Shown: piece by piece, positions 23,850 to 38,560 of the stretch | Layout: every line of letters starts with the position of its first letter | Position numbering within the stretch: position 1 is the stretch's first letter | Source: Octopus sinensis | Lineage: Eukaryota | Length of the DNA stretch: 64,000 bases | Direction of reading: 5' to 3' | NCBI RefSeq assembly: GCF_006345805.1 | Contig: NC_043006.1 | Location: 87,172,001-87,236,000 of the forward strand | Program-made: the position numbers and the translations under genes | The notes under the pieces: generated by a model | Databases searched by the model: none | Seen by the model: only the letters and a program-made list of their open reading frames with translations | What the model was told of the DNA's origin: nothing

Positions 23850-26200
23850 CATTTTTTTCTATGTCATTCCAATTTTTCTGTATATTCTGAACAAGTTATT
23901 ACAAATTAAGTTCCCAGACACAGAATAAAATTGTTCTTTATTTCAAGAATTTTCTTGATTTAAAATGGAATACTGATCCATCAGACATGTTAAAATTTAT
24001 TTCACAGTGAGATGAACCACACTTTTAAACTGTTGCTTCAATTGTTGGTGATGTAATTTGGCATCTGATAATGTTCTCTTTAATGACTGTGGTTGACTTC
24101 TACTTCTTATAATTGCATGTGATAGCAAAATTCTTAGGGGAGTTCTTTCTCAGCGTTTTTACATTTTGATGAATACTATTATAGGTTTTTAAGTTTCAAG
24201 GAATGTGAATAGAGACATATAATAATATTTTCTACTGAAGCATGCTGTTTTGTTTTTCTTCTCTGGATATGAATTATTTTGGTTTATTGAAGCTCATCGT
24301 CTTTTAAGGATGGTGAATTATGTTTGTCAATGATTGCATCAAATATTTAAAGCTGGAATTTGGTAATATGTATATGTCGTGATTGAGCAATTCCAGTTAA
24401 TAAGTTTGTAATATATATAACTCAAGTTCATTGTTTACTTTCGTTACTAAGATATATAAAAATGAAAGTTTCTTTTGACTGTTTTGCAGTCAAAAGAAAC
24501 TTTAAATGAATATCATTTTTTATTCACCAAGTATTATTAGAGAAATTAAATTAAAGGCTTTCATTCTAAATAATAAAGCAATTCTCTAGAAATTTGTTCC
24601 AGTTCTTTTTTATGAATGTATCTCAAGATTTTCCATATTTTCTTTAAAATTCTTCAGTTACGGTAATTTTAAAATAAGCCATGACTAAATTTGTGTAAAT
24701 TGGTGCTACTATCATTCCCATCATAGTTCGAGATTTTTGGCAATAAGAGTTGACATCAAATATGATATAGTTATTTCTGAAAAAAACAGAGTTAATTCTT
24801 TTCCTGTACATTCTGACAGCTCTTCAGCATAATTCTCCAGGCAGAATTTTATTGCAAAATTATGAGTGATGCTTTGCACGAAAATACACTGCATCACAAG
24901 ATGTAATAAGAGATTTTTCATTGTAAATTTATACAAGATGATTCAATACAAGTAACACATCTCTTGCAAAAATATTCAAGTGTTTAAGAAATGGGTTCAT
25001 AATTACTCAGATGATGATTTTCACATGTTGGGTCAGATACTACAGACCTTATTTTTAAATTGTTTTATGATACAACATTAATACTTGTTGAATTTTTGCA
25101 TTTTTTATTTACTATCTTGCTTTTGTGATTTTTTAAAGCCAGAGAAAAGATTATATACTCTGTAAGGTGGTTGGTGTTAAGAAGGACATCCAAGCATAAA
25201 ACCCTGCAAAAATAGACAGCAAAGCCTGGTGCAGTCTTCTGCCTACCCAGCCCCTGTCAAACTATCCAATCCATGCTTGCATGGAAAACAGATGCTAAAT
25301 AATGATGAGGAGGAGGACTTACAATTTTTCACATAATTGCAGTTTTTATCAGTCAATATCTTTTGGTCTAAGTGCAATAAGACTGCAGGATTTTTTATTA
25401 CTTTTTGTTCACTGTAGTGTGCCTTTTAAACATTTTCATAGTAAAGATTCACTTCTAACAGAAATAAAATGAAATTTTTATAATATCCCATCACCTTCGA
25501 TATAACTGCATCCCTTACTGTCTTCTTTAATTATCAATTCATTATCATCTTTTCAATTCAGTTTTGTTTATGCATCTAATATTGCTGGTGTTTGACTAAA
25601 TTCCTTATTCATGCTTGACATTATATGGAGAATTCCAAATATGGTCACAAAAATCATCCCCTTTGGTAGGTTCGTTGCTTTGTTTCTAATAATTCATCAA
25701 TGTTATTTATAGCAAATAATTCTTTTGTGAGTCACAATTTTGTATAGAATCCTGAAAATTCATCTTTAATTTCATTGCAATTAGATACCTGGTGGAGTTG
25801 CATTAAATTTTAGTTTCTTTGCTAAAATATAAGTTGTTGTGTTGTTATGTTTCCTCTGATAAATTTATTACTGTTATTGCTTTTGGTTGCTCCTATTTGG
25901 TTTCTGGACAAGGTCTGTAAAACAGCTGCCATAATCACTTTGGTTTGAAAACTCAGTATTTCTGTTTCTATTAAAGTGGTAAACTGTATGATTTTGCCAT
26001 CTAAGATTATTGCATGTACTTTTGAATTCCCCACCTCACTTGGATGGATGAATTTCAATGTTATTTTTCGATTATTCCTCACTGTTGAAGAAAAGTTTGT
26101 TTTCTTATGTTGAAAATCATTTCTTCTTATTGACATACTCCCAATTCGTGAGTTGTTTCTACAGCTGGTTGAAAACGATTTACTACAAGCAAGTATAGGT
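23850..26200 (-). mobile_element. Decayed PLE (RT plus GIY-YIG remnant)
   Basis: Minus-strand translations: LPKGMIFVT (~25660), NNYIIFDVNSYCQKSRTMMGMIVAPIYTNLVMAYF (~24680-24780) and KCGSSHCEIN...DGSVFHFK (~23960-24030). These are collinear with the intact PLE motifs. Confidence 0.7.
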
Positions 26201-27699
26201 TTAATAAGGTGGTAGCCACCAACCAGATTCTGAAATTATTGCTTTATACCGGTGTACTGGTGGAACATTTGAACTACAGCTAATCAATAAGGAGAATACA
26301 TTCATTTCAAAGTACTGACCACATTTAATTATGTATAATTAATCTTTAATATGACATGTAATTAATATATATTTTGTATTATCATTATTATTAATTAAAG
26401 AGAATTGAATATTTTATCTATTACCTCCTTTGTTACTGTTAATATATATTCATTGATTTTTCCGACATTATTTTCAACAATATCTAGAACTGAAATTATT
26501 ATATTATCAATTACAAAGCCATGACTGGCTTTAAAAAGGTGAAACCTAGTTGGATAATGTACATTCTGGTTGTATCATGAAGTTCTGTCATCCAGTATCA
26601 GTGCACTTTCCCATTATTAACCCTTTAGCATTTAAACCGGCCATATCCGACCAAAAGTATTCTGCCTGTTTTATGGTCAAACTGGCCAGATCTGGTCTCT
26701 TACACCAACCCTACAATATTGTTTTAAAAATTAACAGCTACCTCATTAAAATCTCATAGCTACAAGATAATGCATGATTAATTCAAAACAAAGTGGATGA
26801 AGAAGCATTCATTTTGGCAGAATAATGCGAACACTAAAGGGTTAAATATATCTTATTTGTTTCAGTCATTTGATTGTAGCTATCCAGGGGGCCCCACCTT
26901 GAAAGTTTAATCAGGCAAATTGATCCTTGTACGTATATTTTCTGAAGTCTTGTACTTCTATTAGTCTCTTTTGCCAAACTGATAAGTTATGGAGATGTAG
27001 AGAAATGGATGCTGGTTGCCAAGCACTGGGGGAACAAACCCAAACACATGAACATATATATGTGTATACACATAATAGTTTTAATGCATTCAAATGAAGT
27101 GCTTTGCTCAAGAACATCCAAACTCATCCAAACCGGGGAAGCCTCAGATATGGATATGAAATTATGACAAATATATTACAAACAAATGTGTATGTGTGTG
27201 TATGTGTGTGTGTGTGTATGTGTGTGTGTATGTGTGTGTGAGTGTGTGTGTATGTGTGTGTGTGTGTGTATGCATACATGGTCTAGTGGTTAAGATGTTG
27301 CTATGACAATTTCAGTTTTGTGGTTTGAATTCCCCAGACTGTTGGTGCCCTATGTTCTTGAGCAAAGCACTTCATTTGAATGCATTAAAACTATTATGTG
27401 TATACACATATATAGTTTGAAGAGCTATTATTTTTCCTGGTAATAAAAGGTTTTTCTTTCAAAGTGGAAGAGAGATTGTATGTGTAGATAAGAGATTGTA
27501 TGTGCAGCAAATGATCTAAGGTGCCACAAACTGCCTGTACAGTGGTTGATTTCTCTAGCTAATCTTTCCCATCTTATATTTAGCAGTGGATATGCATTTG
27601 TACATGCATGAGCACATCCATATTTATTCATGATTTGGTATTTACACTGTACATTCATAATTGACAAACACCTGTATTTTTTTTAGCGATATCAAGTCC

Positions 27700-28680
27700 A
27701 TCCAAGGACTGAAATTCAATTTTAATTTTCCCATGATTTAGAAAGGAACATAGCATACAAGCAGGCATTTACAACCTCTTCTGGTTTATTACAGATCTTC
27801 ACATCATAGCAACAGAATTTAAAGCTAGCTGTCCATGGGAAATCCTGTATGTTATAAATTGAAATATGGAACCCATGCTGAGAAATGAGAGGCCTCAAAG
27901 TAAACCTGTTAAAGACAAAAGCTTTTGTTGGCAGAAAACAAAACCATAACCCTGGAAAGTGGTCATGGTCAGCATACAGAAATAGAATGGGAAGGAATTC
28001 TATACACAATGTAAACTATGGTTGCAAAAGCAGTGCAGTGAGAACACAGGGAAGATGGTAGAGAAAAATTTGTCAATAGCCAATGCACAGGGGTAGTAAA
28101 TGGTACCTACTCTCACGAAGTAAATTCTATTAAATGCTTACAATGCTTCTAAGAATAATTGATAGTTTTTGTTGCAAAGATGACCAAATAATCAGTGGAG
28201 AAGAGCATTCCAAAAGTATAGCAGTCAGATTAAGAATAGGGACAGAGAGAGATAAATTTCATAGAACAACTACTTTTTCATACAAGAAATGAAGGACAGT
28301 TAAGATGCTCATGTATAAAAGGAAATGTTGTAAGGCAGTGAAACATGGAGACTAAAAGTAGGGAATGTGCAAAATTGGACAGATATGAGGTGAGAATGTT
28401 CCACTGGATGCAATGCTGTGCGCATGAACAGCAGAAGTTAAAGGTACTGTGGAAGATGCAGGTATAATATAATAAAAAACAAATGGAGAGAAAACACTTT
28501 CTTCTGATACAGTTGGGTATAAAATGACAGTTGAATAAAAACAAAGTGCCATGACACTTGGGTAAACAAAAAAGTGTCATTCAATATAATATGAGAGAAT
28601 GAGAAAGAAAAAGAGAGTTGAAGGAATATCTCATGGAGGTAATATGAAAGACCTGGAATAAATGGTGACAAGCTGCACTG
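27700..28680 (+). mobile_element. Decayed RTE-type LINE RT region
   Basis: IATEFKASCPWEILY (~27800-27850) resembles the RTE RT motif EFKTGCPWELLYADD. Confidence 0.55.
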
Positions 28681-29030
28681 GAGAAAACTCATCCAAACCA
28701 GGGAAGCCTCAGATATCGATATAAAATTATAACAAATATATTACAAACAAATGTGTATGTCTGTGTGTGTGGATGAGTGTGTGTGTGTGTGTGTGTGCAT
28801 ACATGGTCTAGTGGTTAGGATGTTGCTATGACAATTTCAGTTTTGTGGCTTCAATTCCCCAGACTGTTGGTGCCCTATGTTCTTGAGCAAAGCACTTCAT
28901 TTCATGTTGCTCCAGCTCACTTGGTTGTAAATGGGGTACACTGCAATGAACTAGCATTCAGTTAGTGGAGAATGTTGGCCTGCCCACCTGGTTGATACAG
29001 TGGTATATGTATATGTCATCTCTCACTCAC

Positions 29031-29085
<55 letters not shown>

Positions 29086-29250
29086 CTGACAGGAGAAGAC
29101 ATCTATTCACCTCTTCAGCAAAGCACCTGTTCTCCAGTTCTATCATACCTTCACATCCTTCAATGATATATCCCATTCATGAAACTAGCACCTATCATAC
29201 TCTGATTAAGAAGTGCATCCAGCCTGCAGTACCCATGCCAAAGCAGACAA

Positions 29251-29431
29251 CCTTGACAACCGATGCTGGTGTGTTTATGTCCCCGTCACTTAGCAGTTCG
29301 GCAAAAGAGACCGATAGAATAAGTACTGGGCTTACAAAGAATAAGTCCCGGGGTTGAGTTGCTTGATTAAAGGTGGTGCTCCAGCATGGCCGTAGTCAAA
29401 TGACTGAAAGAAGTAAAAGAGTAAAAGAGAG
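29251..29431 (+). mobile_element. SINE family A 3' half
   Basis: Homologous tail. Confidence 0.75.
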
Positions 29432-29943
29432 TATACACACACATACATGCATTAATGCTTGTTTTATATATACAGCTACATATAAAAAGAGTCAAACATG
29501 AAACTAAAGGACCATTTAATAACTTTCATGTCAAAAAAATATTCATTTTACTTTTACAAGGAAAAAGTTGACAGTAAGTTTCAAGTATCAGCCTAATAGC
29601 ACTCATCAGCTACACAAATACAGATGCACAGACACATATATACATCTATGCAATAGACTACATATAGTCTACACTCGATACTCTGCATAAATTTCCCCTG
29701 TATTCCTGTCTTAAGTACTTATGAATTTTTAGATGTAATCATATGTGTGCATGTGCATATTAGAAAATTTAATGTATCCAATACAGAAGAGAGAGAATGC
29801 TCGATTACTTTTGATGGTTACACATGAATATGCAAACACATAGAGAAACACAATCAAATACACATGTATTCAATTGTGTGTGTCATGTACATCCATCCAT
29901 CCATCCATATATATATATATATATATATACATACACACACATA

Positions 29944-31170
29944 CAGAGAATGTAAGGTACTTTATTGGGTCGTTGCTGTTTTTTTGGTAACTCTGTATAA
30001 TTTTTGTTTCAGAAAATAATAATGGCAGACCCTCAGCTTACTCTAGAAATGAAGAGGCATGTTGTTATTTTGGTTATAAAGGCTGAGCATAGCGATTTAA
30101 AAATACCTTGATTTTTAAAAGTTGCTAAATCTTTCGTCTACAGAGTTTGTAAGAAGCTACAGACTGAAAATGGAAACGTATCACCAGTATCAAAGCATAA
30201 AAAGCATTCTAAACGCTCTGAAATCATCAGAACACCTGAATTTATCCAGCAAGTTCAACAGACCATTGATTACAATTCCAGAAAGTTCATAAGGTCAATT
30301 GCAAAAGATCTCCATGTGTCAGAAGGAACAGTCAGAAATGTTGTCCACAAAGACATCAGATATAAGTCTTATATGATGGGGGAAGGTCAATTTGTCAGAA
30401 AAAGCAAAAGAAAATCACTACATTAGATCTAAAAGGCTCTTAAACAAACTGAAAAATCCAGCAGATTTGATTTAGTTTTTCTTAAACGAGAAAAACTTTG
30501 ACCAAGAACAAAAAGTTAACAGAAGAAATGACAGATGGTTATGTGCAAACTCTTCTGAAGTTCCAAACGTTATGCATACAAAATTTCCTGCAACTGTCAT
30601 GGTTTTAGAGGTTGTCAGCAAAAAGGACATGTAATGCCTCCTTATGTCTTTCCACAAGACCTTAGAGTTAACTGCTACCTACATTGAGGTCCTGGAAATA
30701 ACTGTTAAGCCCTGGATAGACAGTGTACGCAATGAAAGGCCATATGGGCTTCAGTAAGACTCTGCACCATCACATATGGCTCTAGTAACACAGGAATGGA
30801 TAGCTGAAAATTTTCATGATCACATAATTCCTAACATTTGGCTTCCTAGTTCTCCAGATCTCAATTCATTGGACTATTTCATGAGGGGTGTTGTTGAGAG
30901 AGAGGTCAATGAAAATGCCACAAAGCACCAAAGATTCTTTGAAAGCTGCCATAAGCAGAGTAATGTCCAAAATGAATCAAGACCATTTGATCCAAGCATA
31001 GAGGTGATTCAGATCTCATATAGAAGCAGTTATTGAAACTGAAGGGGGCTTTATTGAATAACATTATAGAAAAGGTTCATTTTTATCCTCATAGCATTCT
31101 TTGATAAATAAAGTTATTATCTGTTTTTTTTATATAAACATAAATCTGTCCTCAAACACCTTACACACCC

Positions 31171-31172
<2 letters not shown>
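29944..31172 (+). mobile_element. Tc1/mariner (maT/DD37D-like) transposon, inactive
   Basis: TIRs CAGAGAATGTAAGGT / ACCTTACACACCCTG; transposase motifs TKFPATVMV, DSAPSH and WLPSSPDLNSLDY with stops and frameshifts. Confidence 0.8.
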
Positions 31173-31202
<30 letters not shown>

Positions 31203-31308
31203 CATGCATATATATATATACATGCATATATATATATATATACATGCATATATATATATACATGCATATATATATATATACATGCTATATATATATATAT
31301 ATACATGC

Positions 31309-31372
<64 letters not shown>

Positions 31373-31397
31373 ACATATATATACATACACATACATA

Positions 31398-32476
31398 CAG
31401 GATGCGATGGGTAAATTGTCACCATTTTATATTTTTAATTTTGTACATGCACATTGTTTGTTTTTGATTTTGTCAACTACACAGTTGAGCACTGTCAGTG
31501 AGAAAAACAGCACCATGACGCAATTCACTCAGCCAGAAATTTGGAAATGACATGTTGTAGTGCTTGACATTCACACAAGAAGCTCAAATACGAACATTTC
31601 AGAGTGTTTGGGTGTCAATCTGAGGACAGTGTAGAGGATTTGGAAAGAGTTGGATGAGTCTAATGTTGATTATGAAGATACAGCAGCTTAGAAAACTCAC
31701 TCTGATCGTTCTGATAAGAAAAGAATTCCTGAATTTGTTGAGATCAAGGCCATGATTGACAACGATCTCTCCAAGCCAACCAGGTCCATGGGTGTGTCTG
31801 AGCTTGTTATCAAGCAGATAGTGCATGAAGACATTCAGTATTCCTCATAAAAGATGAGAAAGGGCCAGTTTTTATCTCAAGCTATCAAGGACAAAAGGAA
31901 AGACCATACTACGAAGTTTTTGAACAAACTCAAGCATCCCCTCCAACAGAAATTGCCTTGGCTTTTCTCAGACAAGAAAAATTGGTGCTAGGATCAATTG
32001 GTGAACTCACAGAACAACCACTGACTTGCCGTGTCCCAAAACATGTTCTAAGAATGAGACTCTGCAACATGCCACACAAACAAGAGAACCCAGTCATGGC
32101 TGTCAGACAATTTCTGCGACCACATCACCCCTAACATCAGGCCACCTAATTCACCAAACTGCAAATCTCTTGTTTATAATGTGTGGCACACATTTGAGTG
32201 AGAGACCAAGAAAACTCATTGTAACAGCAAGGATGAATTGAAGGGAAGGATTATGGCAGCATTCACTAACTTAAACAAGGAGACTGCCCAGAAGAGTTGC
32301 AGGAGATTCTGAAGTCGTCTGGAGGCCATGGTTGACGCCAATGGCGATTTTATTGAATGAATTTACTCTTTAATATTTCAAGATATTTTTATGTAAATTT
32401 GATATATATGTGAAAATGAGATGCCAGTGTTATTTTCATTTCTGCATAACTTTGACAATTTATTCACTTCACCCTG
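31398..32476 (+). mobile_element. Second maT/mariner-like transposon, internally deleted
   Basis: TIRs CAGGATGCGATGGGTAAATTGTC / GACAATTTATTCACTTCACCCTG; degenerate PPNSP motif (~32140-32160). Confidence 0.75.
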
Positions 32477-32703
32477 TATATAATGCAAGTCATGTGTATA
32501 TACATAATATATTAATATATTTGTGCATATTCATAAATATATATGTATGTATGTATATATATCTCTCTCTCTGTATATATATATATCTCTCTCTGTATAT
32601 ATATATATATATATATTTATATATGGATATATGTATGTACATACCTATATATATATATGCATTTTTGTGTGTATATACATAATGTATTAGCATAGTTTGT
32701 GTG

Positions 32704-32770
<67 letters not shown>

Positions 32771-32804
32771 CGAGAGGTGTATATGTATGTATTAATATAA
32801 TACA

Positions 32805-32848
<44 letters not shown>

Positions 32849-33296
32849 CATACATACACACTGACTTATATATCCATTTATCCAAGCTATAGACAACTAT
32901 ACACTGTGATCTTATCTGCAAAAGCACTGAAACACATTTTGTACGCAAGGAAGCTCAGTCACCTGAAAGCTGCAGTCTCTCTCTCTCTCTCTCTCTCTAT
33001 TGAATCTAATCAATCCTGTTGTGTTTTACATTTTTCATCTTTGTTAGGGTTTTAAAAAAAGCAGTAGTTTTTTTGTTGTTGTTCCAGGTTGTGTATGTAT
33101 GGGTCTTTGTGTGTGTAGATGGTAGGTCATGAATTCCATATAAGTACATGACCTATCAGTGCAGGTGTTTCAACAATCAGGAACAAATAAGAATGTGCCA
33201 TAAGATAATAAAAATCATCTATGCCAAAATTATGAATATTCAATACATCACAGAGATAATCTAGTGAGATATATTGGAATAGAGATGGAATGGTAA

Positions 33297-33368
<72 letters not shown>

Positions 33369-33597
33369 AATATAGAGCGGGGAGTGTAGAAGAGAAAAAA
33401 TGAGTCAATATTTTTCATTGTGATATTCTTTCATAATTTTTAAAGGATACAGTTATTGAAATGCAGCCATGTAGGGATGCCATCTTGCAGACAAACAGAC
33501 AGACAGACAGATAGAGAGATAGATACACTCGCACTTGTAGCCTTCTCACCCACCACCCATTAGTCATCACTTCTCTCTCATCCTTCTCATATCTCCT

Positions 33598-33644
<47 letters not shown>

Positions 33645-34042
33645 TTTATTATTATTACTATAAAGGTAGCAAGCTGGTAGAATCATTAGCATGCCAAGCA
33701 AAATGCGTAGCGGCTTTTCATCAGTCTTTACATTCTGAGTTCAAATTCTGCCTTTCATCCTTTTGAGCACTGGGGTTGATGTAATTGTTTAGGCCTTGTA
33801 CCTATAGTAGAAAGGATTATCATTATTACTATTATTATTGAAGTGGTGAACTGGCACAATCATTAAAATGATTATCTGCACTTCTTCCAGATTTACGTTG
33901 TGAGTTCAAATTCCAGTGAGTTTGACTTTACTGTTTATCCTTTCAGGGGTGATGAAATAAGTGCTGTTTAGCACTGGGTTGATGTAATTGACTAGTCCCT
34001 TTCCATCAAAATTTCATGCCTTGTGCCTATAGTATAGAAAGG

Positions 34043-34093
<51 letters not shown>

Positions 34094-35458
34094 GCTATTA
34101 TTACCTTTATAAACATGATGATGCTCTTCATCTTTTCTGTATTGATGTTTGTCACCTCTTCTTCCTCCTACTCATAATTAGCATTAACTAACTCCACTAC
34201 TTTTGTTCACTGTTCACCACAGTGACCATCTATGTCCATTTATTATCATCTCTCATTCTACCCCCTCACTTACAACCACTCTTCAATCCTTACTTTTTCT
34301 TCTATTCACCATTTTACACCTTGCAAGCTCACTCAGATATCTCATTACCAACGCCTTCAGCTATCTTCTCAGGTTCACTCCACTTATGCCTATGCATACT
34401 TATATAATGCAAGGTAGCCATACATCATTTCTGCAGCAAGGAACATTTTCTTGTTCTTTCTTTTATACATTAACTTATCAACACCTACTATAAAGCTGCC
34501 TATATCTCTACTATATCCAACTCAGTTGAAAGGAATCTTTAATCTTCTAAGTTAGAAGGTAACCTCACTAGTACTGGTACTAGATAAAAGTCTCTCAGTA
34601 CTCTGAGTGAGGCTGTTGACATTAGTAAGAGCATCCAGCCATAGATACCATGCTAGCATAGAAGACAGATGTGAAATGATAACAATAATGAGAAAGAGAA
34701 TGATATAGCCACATGTATACATATAATATATACATATATAAAAACTAAATCGAGGAGGGTAATCTTTGCACAACCTACAGAATGCAAAACAAGACCTGTC
34801 ACATGGCAGAGGAACTCAGGAGAATCAACAGCTTCCGAATATATTTAAAGGTAGATCGTGCTCACCAGTCATAGTGAAGACAACCCACATAAGAGAAGGA
34901 AATTTCTGGAATAAAAAAAACTTCAGCAAGACTAGCAACCACCTGATTCAATTAAAGGTGCTGTTTACAAGTTGATTTTGACCCTACCTGATGCCTATCT
35001 TTTAAGTACCTGATTCCTCTGAATACTTTATATTGTATGTAGGTATATATGTATGTGTGTTTATATATATATATATATATATACATAAGATACATATATA
35101 GGGTAGCGAATATTCTTAGAAATATCACCACCAGTGGCCTAGCATGTATAAATAGTCAACAGACAACATATTCTCAATATAAAATAGTGTACATTTAAAC
35201 ACAAAAGAAAACTACCGTTAGCAGGTAATTTTTACATGTTAGAAGAAGCAGTCAAAATGATCAAAACCACATTTAATAGCAATTTTTGAAGGGAATGAAA
35301 AATAAAATCTTTTACCATGTTATTTTTTGCTTTGGTTGGTTTGGGCCTATGGTAGAAGACATTTGCCAAAGATGATGTGTGTTAGGACTAAACCCAAGAC
35401 CACATGGTTGGGAAGCATACATCTTCACAACACAGTCACCACAAATACATGCACATAC

Positions 35459-35491
<33 letters not shown>

Positions 35492-35702
35492 AATATAGAT
35501 ATATATATATATAAATATATATATACAAAATATATAATTATATATATCTAAATATTTATTATATAGAAGGATACAGGACTAGAACTGTTTCATCAAGAGA
35601 AATCTTCGGAAATGAAGATTTCTATGAAGAAACATATAGAATATATAATAAATAATTTTACTATATATATACCTTATACTGTGGTTAACCCCGAATCAAT
35701 AC

Positions 35703-35747
<45 letters not shown>

Positions 35748-35748
35748 A

Positions 35749-36456
35749 CACGTAAAAGCACCATCCGTTCGTGTCCGTGCCAGATCGACTGGCCCCCGTC
35801 AGTAGCACGCAAAAGGCCATCGTTTGTGTCCGTTGCCAGCCTCGACTGGCACGTGCCAGTAGAAGTAAAAGCACATCGTTGTGTCCATTGCCAGCCTCGC
35901 CTGGCCCCCGTGCCGGTAGCACGTAAAAGCACCATCCGTTTGTGTCCGTTGCCGCCTCGTCTGGCCCCTGTGCCGGTAGCACAAAAAGCACCATCCGTTC
36001 GTGTCCGTTGCCAGCCTCGACTGGCCCCGTGCAGTAGCACGTAAAAGCACCATCGTTTGTGTCCGTTGCAGCCTCGACTGGCCCCCGTGCCAGTAGCACG
36101 TAAAAGCACCATCCGTTCGTGTCCATTGCCAGCCTCGCCTGGCCCCCGTGCCGGTAGCACGTAAAAGCACCATCCGTTTGTGTCCGTTGCCAGCCTCGTC
36201 TGGCCCCTGTGCCGGTAGCACATAAAAGCACCATCCGTTCGTGGCCGTTTGCCAGCTCCGTCTGGCACCTGTGGTACGTAAAAAGCACCCACTACAATCA
36301 CGGAGTGGTTGGCATTAGGAAGGGCATCCAGCCGTAGAAACACTGCCAAATCTGACTGGGCCTGATGAAGCCTTCCGGCTTCGCAGACCCCAGTTAAACC
36401 GTCCAACCCATGCTAGCATGGAAAACGGACGCTAAATGATGATGATGATGATGATG
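35749..36456 (+). mobile_element. Family B element with expanded ~60-bp minisatellite (about 9 units, 35749-36290)
   Basis: Unit CACGTAAAAGCACCATCCGTTCGTGTCCGTTGCCAGCCTCGACTGGCCCCCGTGCCAGTAG, followed by the standard family-B tail. Confidence 0.85.
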
Positions 36457-37249
36457 ATATAAATACAGCCATACCAAGGGATATCAAGTTAAGACCCTGA
36501 AGAGACTGCACTATTTCATAGTAGGGTTGTAATGAATACTAATCGGTGAAATTGAAACATGTGTTGGTCTTAAAAGGTGGCATAGAATTATAGAATTAAG
36601 GGTAATACTATTGCAACTTCTGAGTAATCCTTATTTTTAATATTGTCAATATTTATACTCCAGGAAACCTGTATGGTTAAGGAAATATATTCAGAATTAT
36701 GCAACAGAATATTCCACTAACTTTTTATCTTATAAGAACTTCATTCGATTTATGTGTTAACTGTTGAATAACATATTTTCAATACCTAACTGAGAGCAAA
36801 CTGGTCATTGTTTTGGGGGTAATCCCTTACATTTTACTAATTTAGTTATTATCATTAATCAACAAGCTAACAAAACTTTTTACTTGATGATGGAGGTGAT
36901 AAGCATTGAAGCATCCCTACTTTTATACACTGTATGAGATGGAAAGCCTACGTTCATGATAATAAAGAACATCTTAAAAATACGGTAATTGATAACTATA
37001 TACAGCAATTTTTATAACAAGATGATATCCACCACTAACCCTAACCCTAACCAACATCTGGCCCCTTTCGAAGATGAACTCTAGAGAATTGTTAAAAATG
37101 TAAAATTCCATAAATTCCCTCTTAGGATGAACAAACACCTTAAAGAATTGCATACTTAAACTAAAGAACTTTTGAATAAAGATGGTATTCTGGCTCATGC
37201 TGATAAAATGGATAGCCTTAACCATTTAAACTAATCAATGTACCACTCA

Positions 37250-38560
37250 CTTCTAAAGAAAGAGATAATTAAAGACTATATGATTATGGATTCCAAAAAC
37301 CTGAAACAATTAAACCTTCAGGTAAAAGAAATTATGTTAAAATATAATTTGGAAGATAAAACAGAACCTTATTAACCAAAGGTACCAAAAATTATTTGTC
37401 AGGACCATAAACCGAACTTTGATGCAAATCCAACAGTTAGACTTATACGTCCTCCTAAATCTGGTCAGGATAGAATTAGTTAATTCATATTAGATAAATA
37501 TATACCGAAACTTAGGAATGTAATAAAGCTAAACCTTTGGTCCAGTTCAAATGGATTAACTGATTTACACAAATACAAATTAAGAATAAAACTAAATTCA
37601 TCCAGATAGATATTTCAAATTACTGTGCTTCTATAAACCCAATACTACTTAATAAGGCACTGATGTTTGCAAAGAAAAATCTAGACATAACTAGGGATGA
37701 AATAGATGTTATTTTGGAGGCTAGGAAATCTATCATTAAATTTGAGAATAAATATTGAATTACGAAGGTTAGACCAAATATGTTTGACATTACTATGGGT
37801 TCTATGGATTCAGTGCAAGTTACTGATTTGGTAGGAATTTATACATTGTTTTCTCTAAATAGGGAATTCCCTGACATAGCAGGAGGTTTATACAAGGAAA
37901 ATGTGCTTTTCAAAATTGTAAACACATCTAGTAGAATATTGGAAATATACAAGAAGAAATTTCTTAAGTTTTTAAAAAATATAGGTTTGTCGAGAGGATG
38001 AACATGATTTTGTTAACTTCTTAGTTGTTATACTGGAAATTAAAAAGGAATTTATAAACCCTTTCATAAACCTAATGAAAACATAAAATATATAAATATT
38101 GGAAGTAATCATCCCAAATCCATAACAAACTCACCAATAAAGAACATTTCATCAAGAATAAGTAAATTATCAGCCAATGAGAATATTTTCAAAACTTAAT
38201 GAAGATTATTATAACTAGGCACTTCAGAATTAAGCTTAATAAGTTAAATATTGAATCAGATTTAAATAGTAATTTTGCTATTGCAGACCTAAAATCTAGC
38301 ACTATAAAATCTACTTATAACAAATGTAGTAATAGGGATTTAAAATCAAATATTCAAGTTGACAAAATAGCAAGAATAGGTGAATTTAATAATGAAAATA
38401 AACAAATGAGCAATTATATTTATAACAAAAGGAAAAATCATAAGATTGTTGATACCGGGTTAAAAATTCTTGTACTGCTAATGGAAATGAGTATGTAGTA
38501 TTCTCTAATAAAATCTCAAATTATTTTCTACAGTATTATTTTCCAGTAATTTAGTGCACC
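37250..38560 (+). mobile_element. Decayed Naiad-like PLE
   Basis: DHKPNFDANPTVRLIRPPKS, EARKS, FDITMGSMDSVQVTDLVGIY and GGLY motifs resemble the Naiad-type RT (KDHK...RLINP; TMGSxDGAExCELVGLY; GLYRDD). Confidence 0.65.

Noticed and set aside
28278-28692. Overlapping minus-strand ORFs
   Set aside because: Antisense of purine-rich decayed RTE sequence.
35585-35635. CCGAAGA...GAAA on the minus strand as a hammerhead
   Set aside because: No stem I and poor stem II; kept only as a 10-bp hairpin.
36361-36390. CTGATGA motif as a hammerhead
   Set aside because: Lies in the SINE body, where other copies differ (TGGTGAAGCC); no GAAA or stems.
35674-36406. 140-232-aa repetitive ORFs
   Set aside because: Frames through the 60-bp minisatellite of a retroposon.
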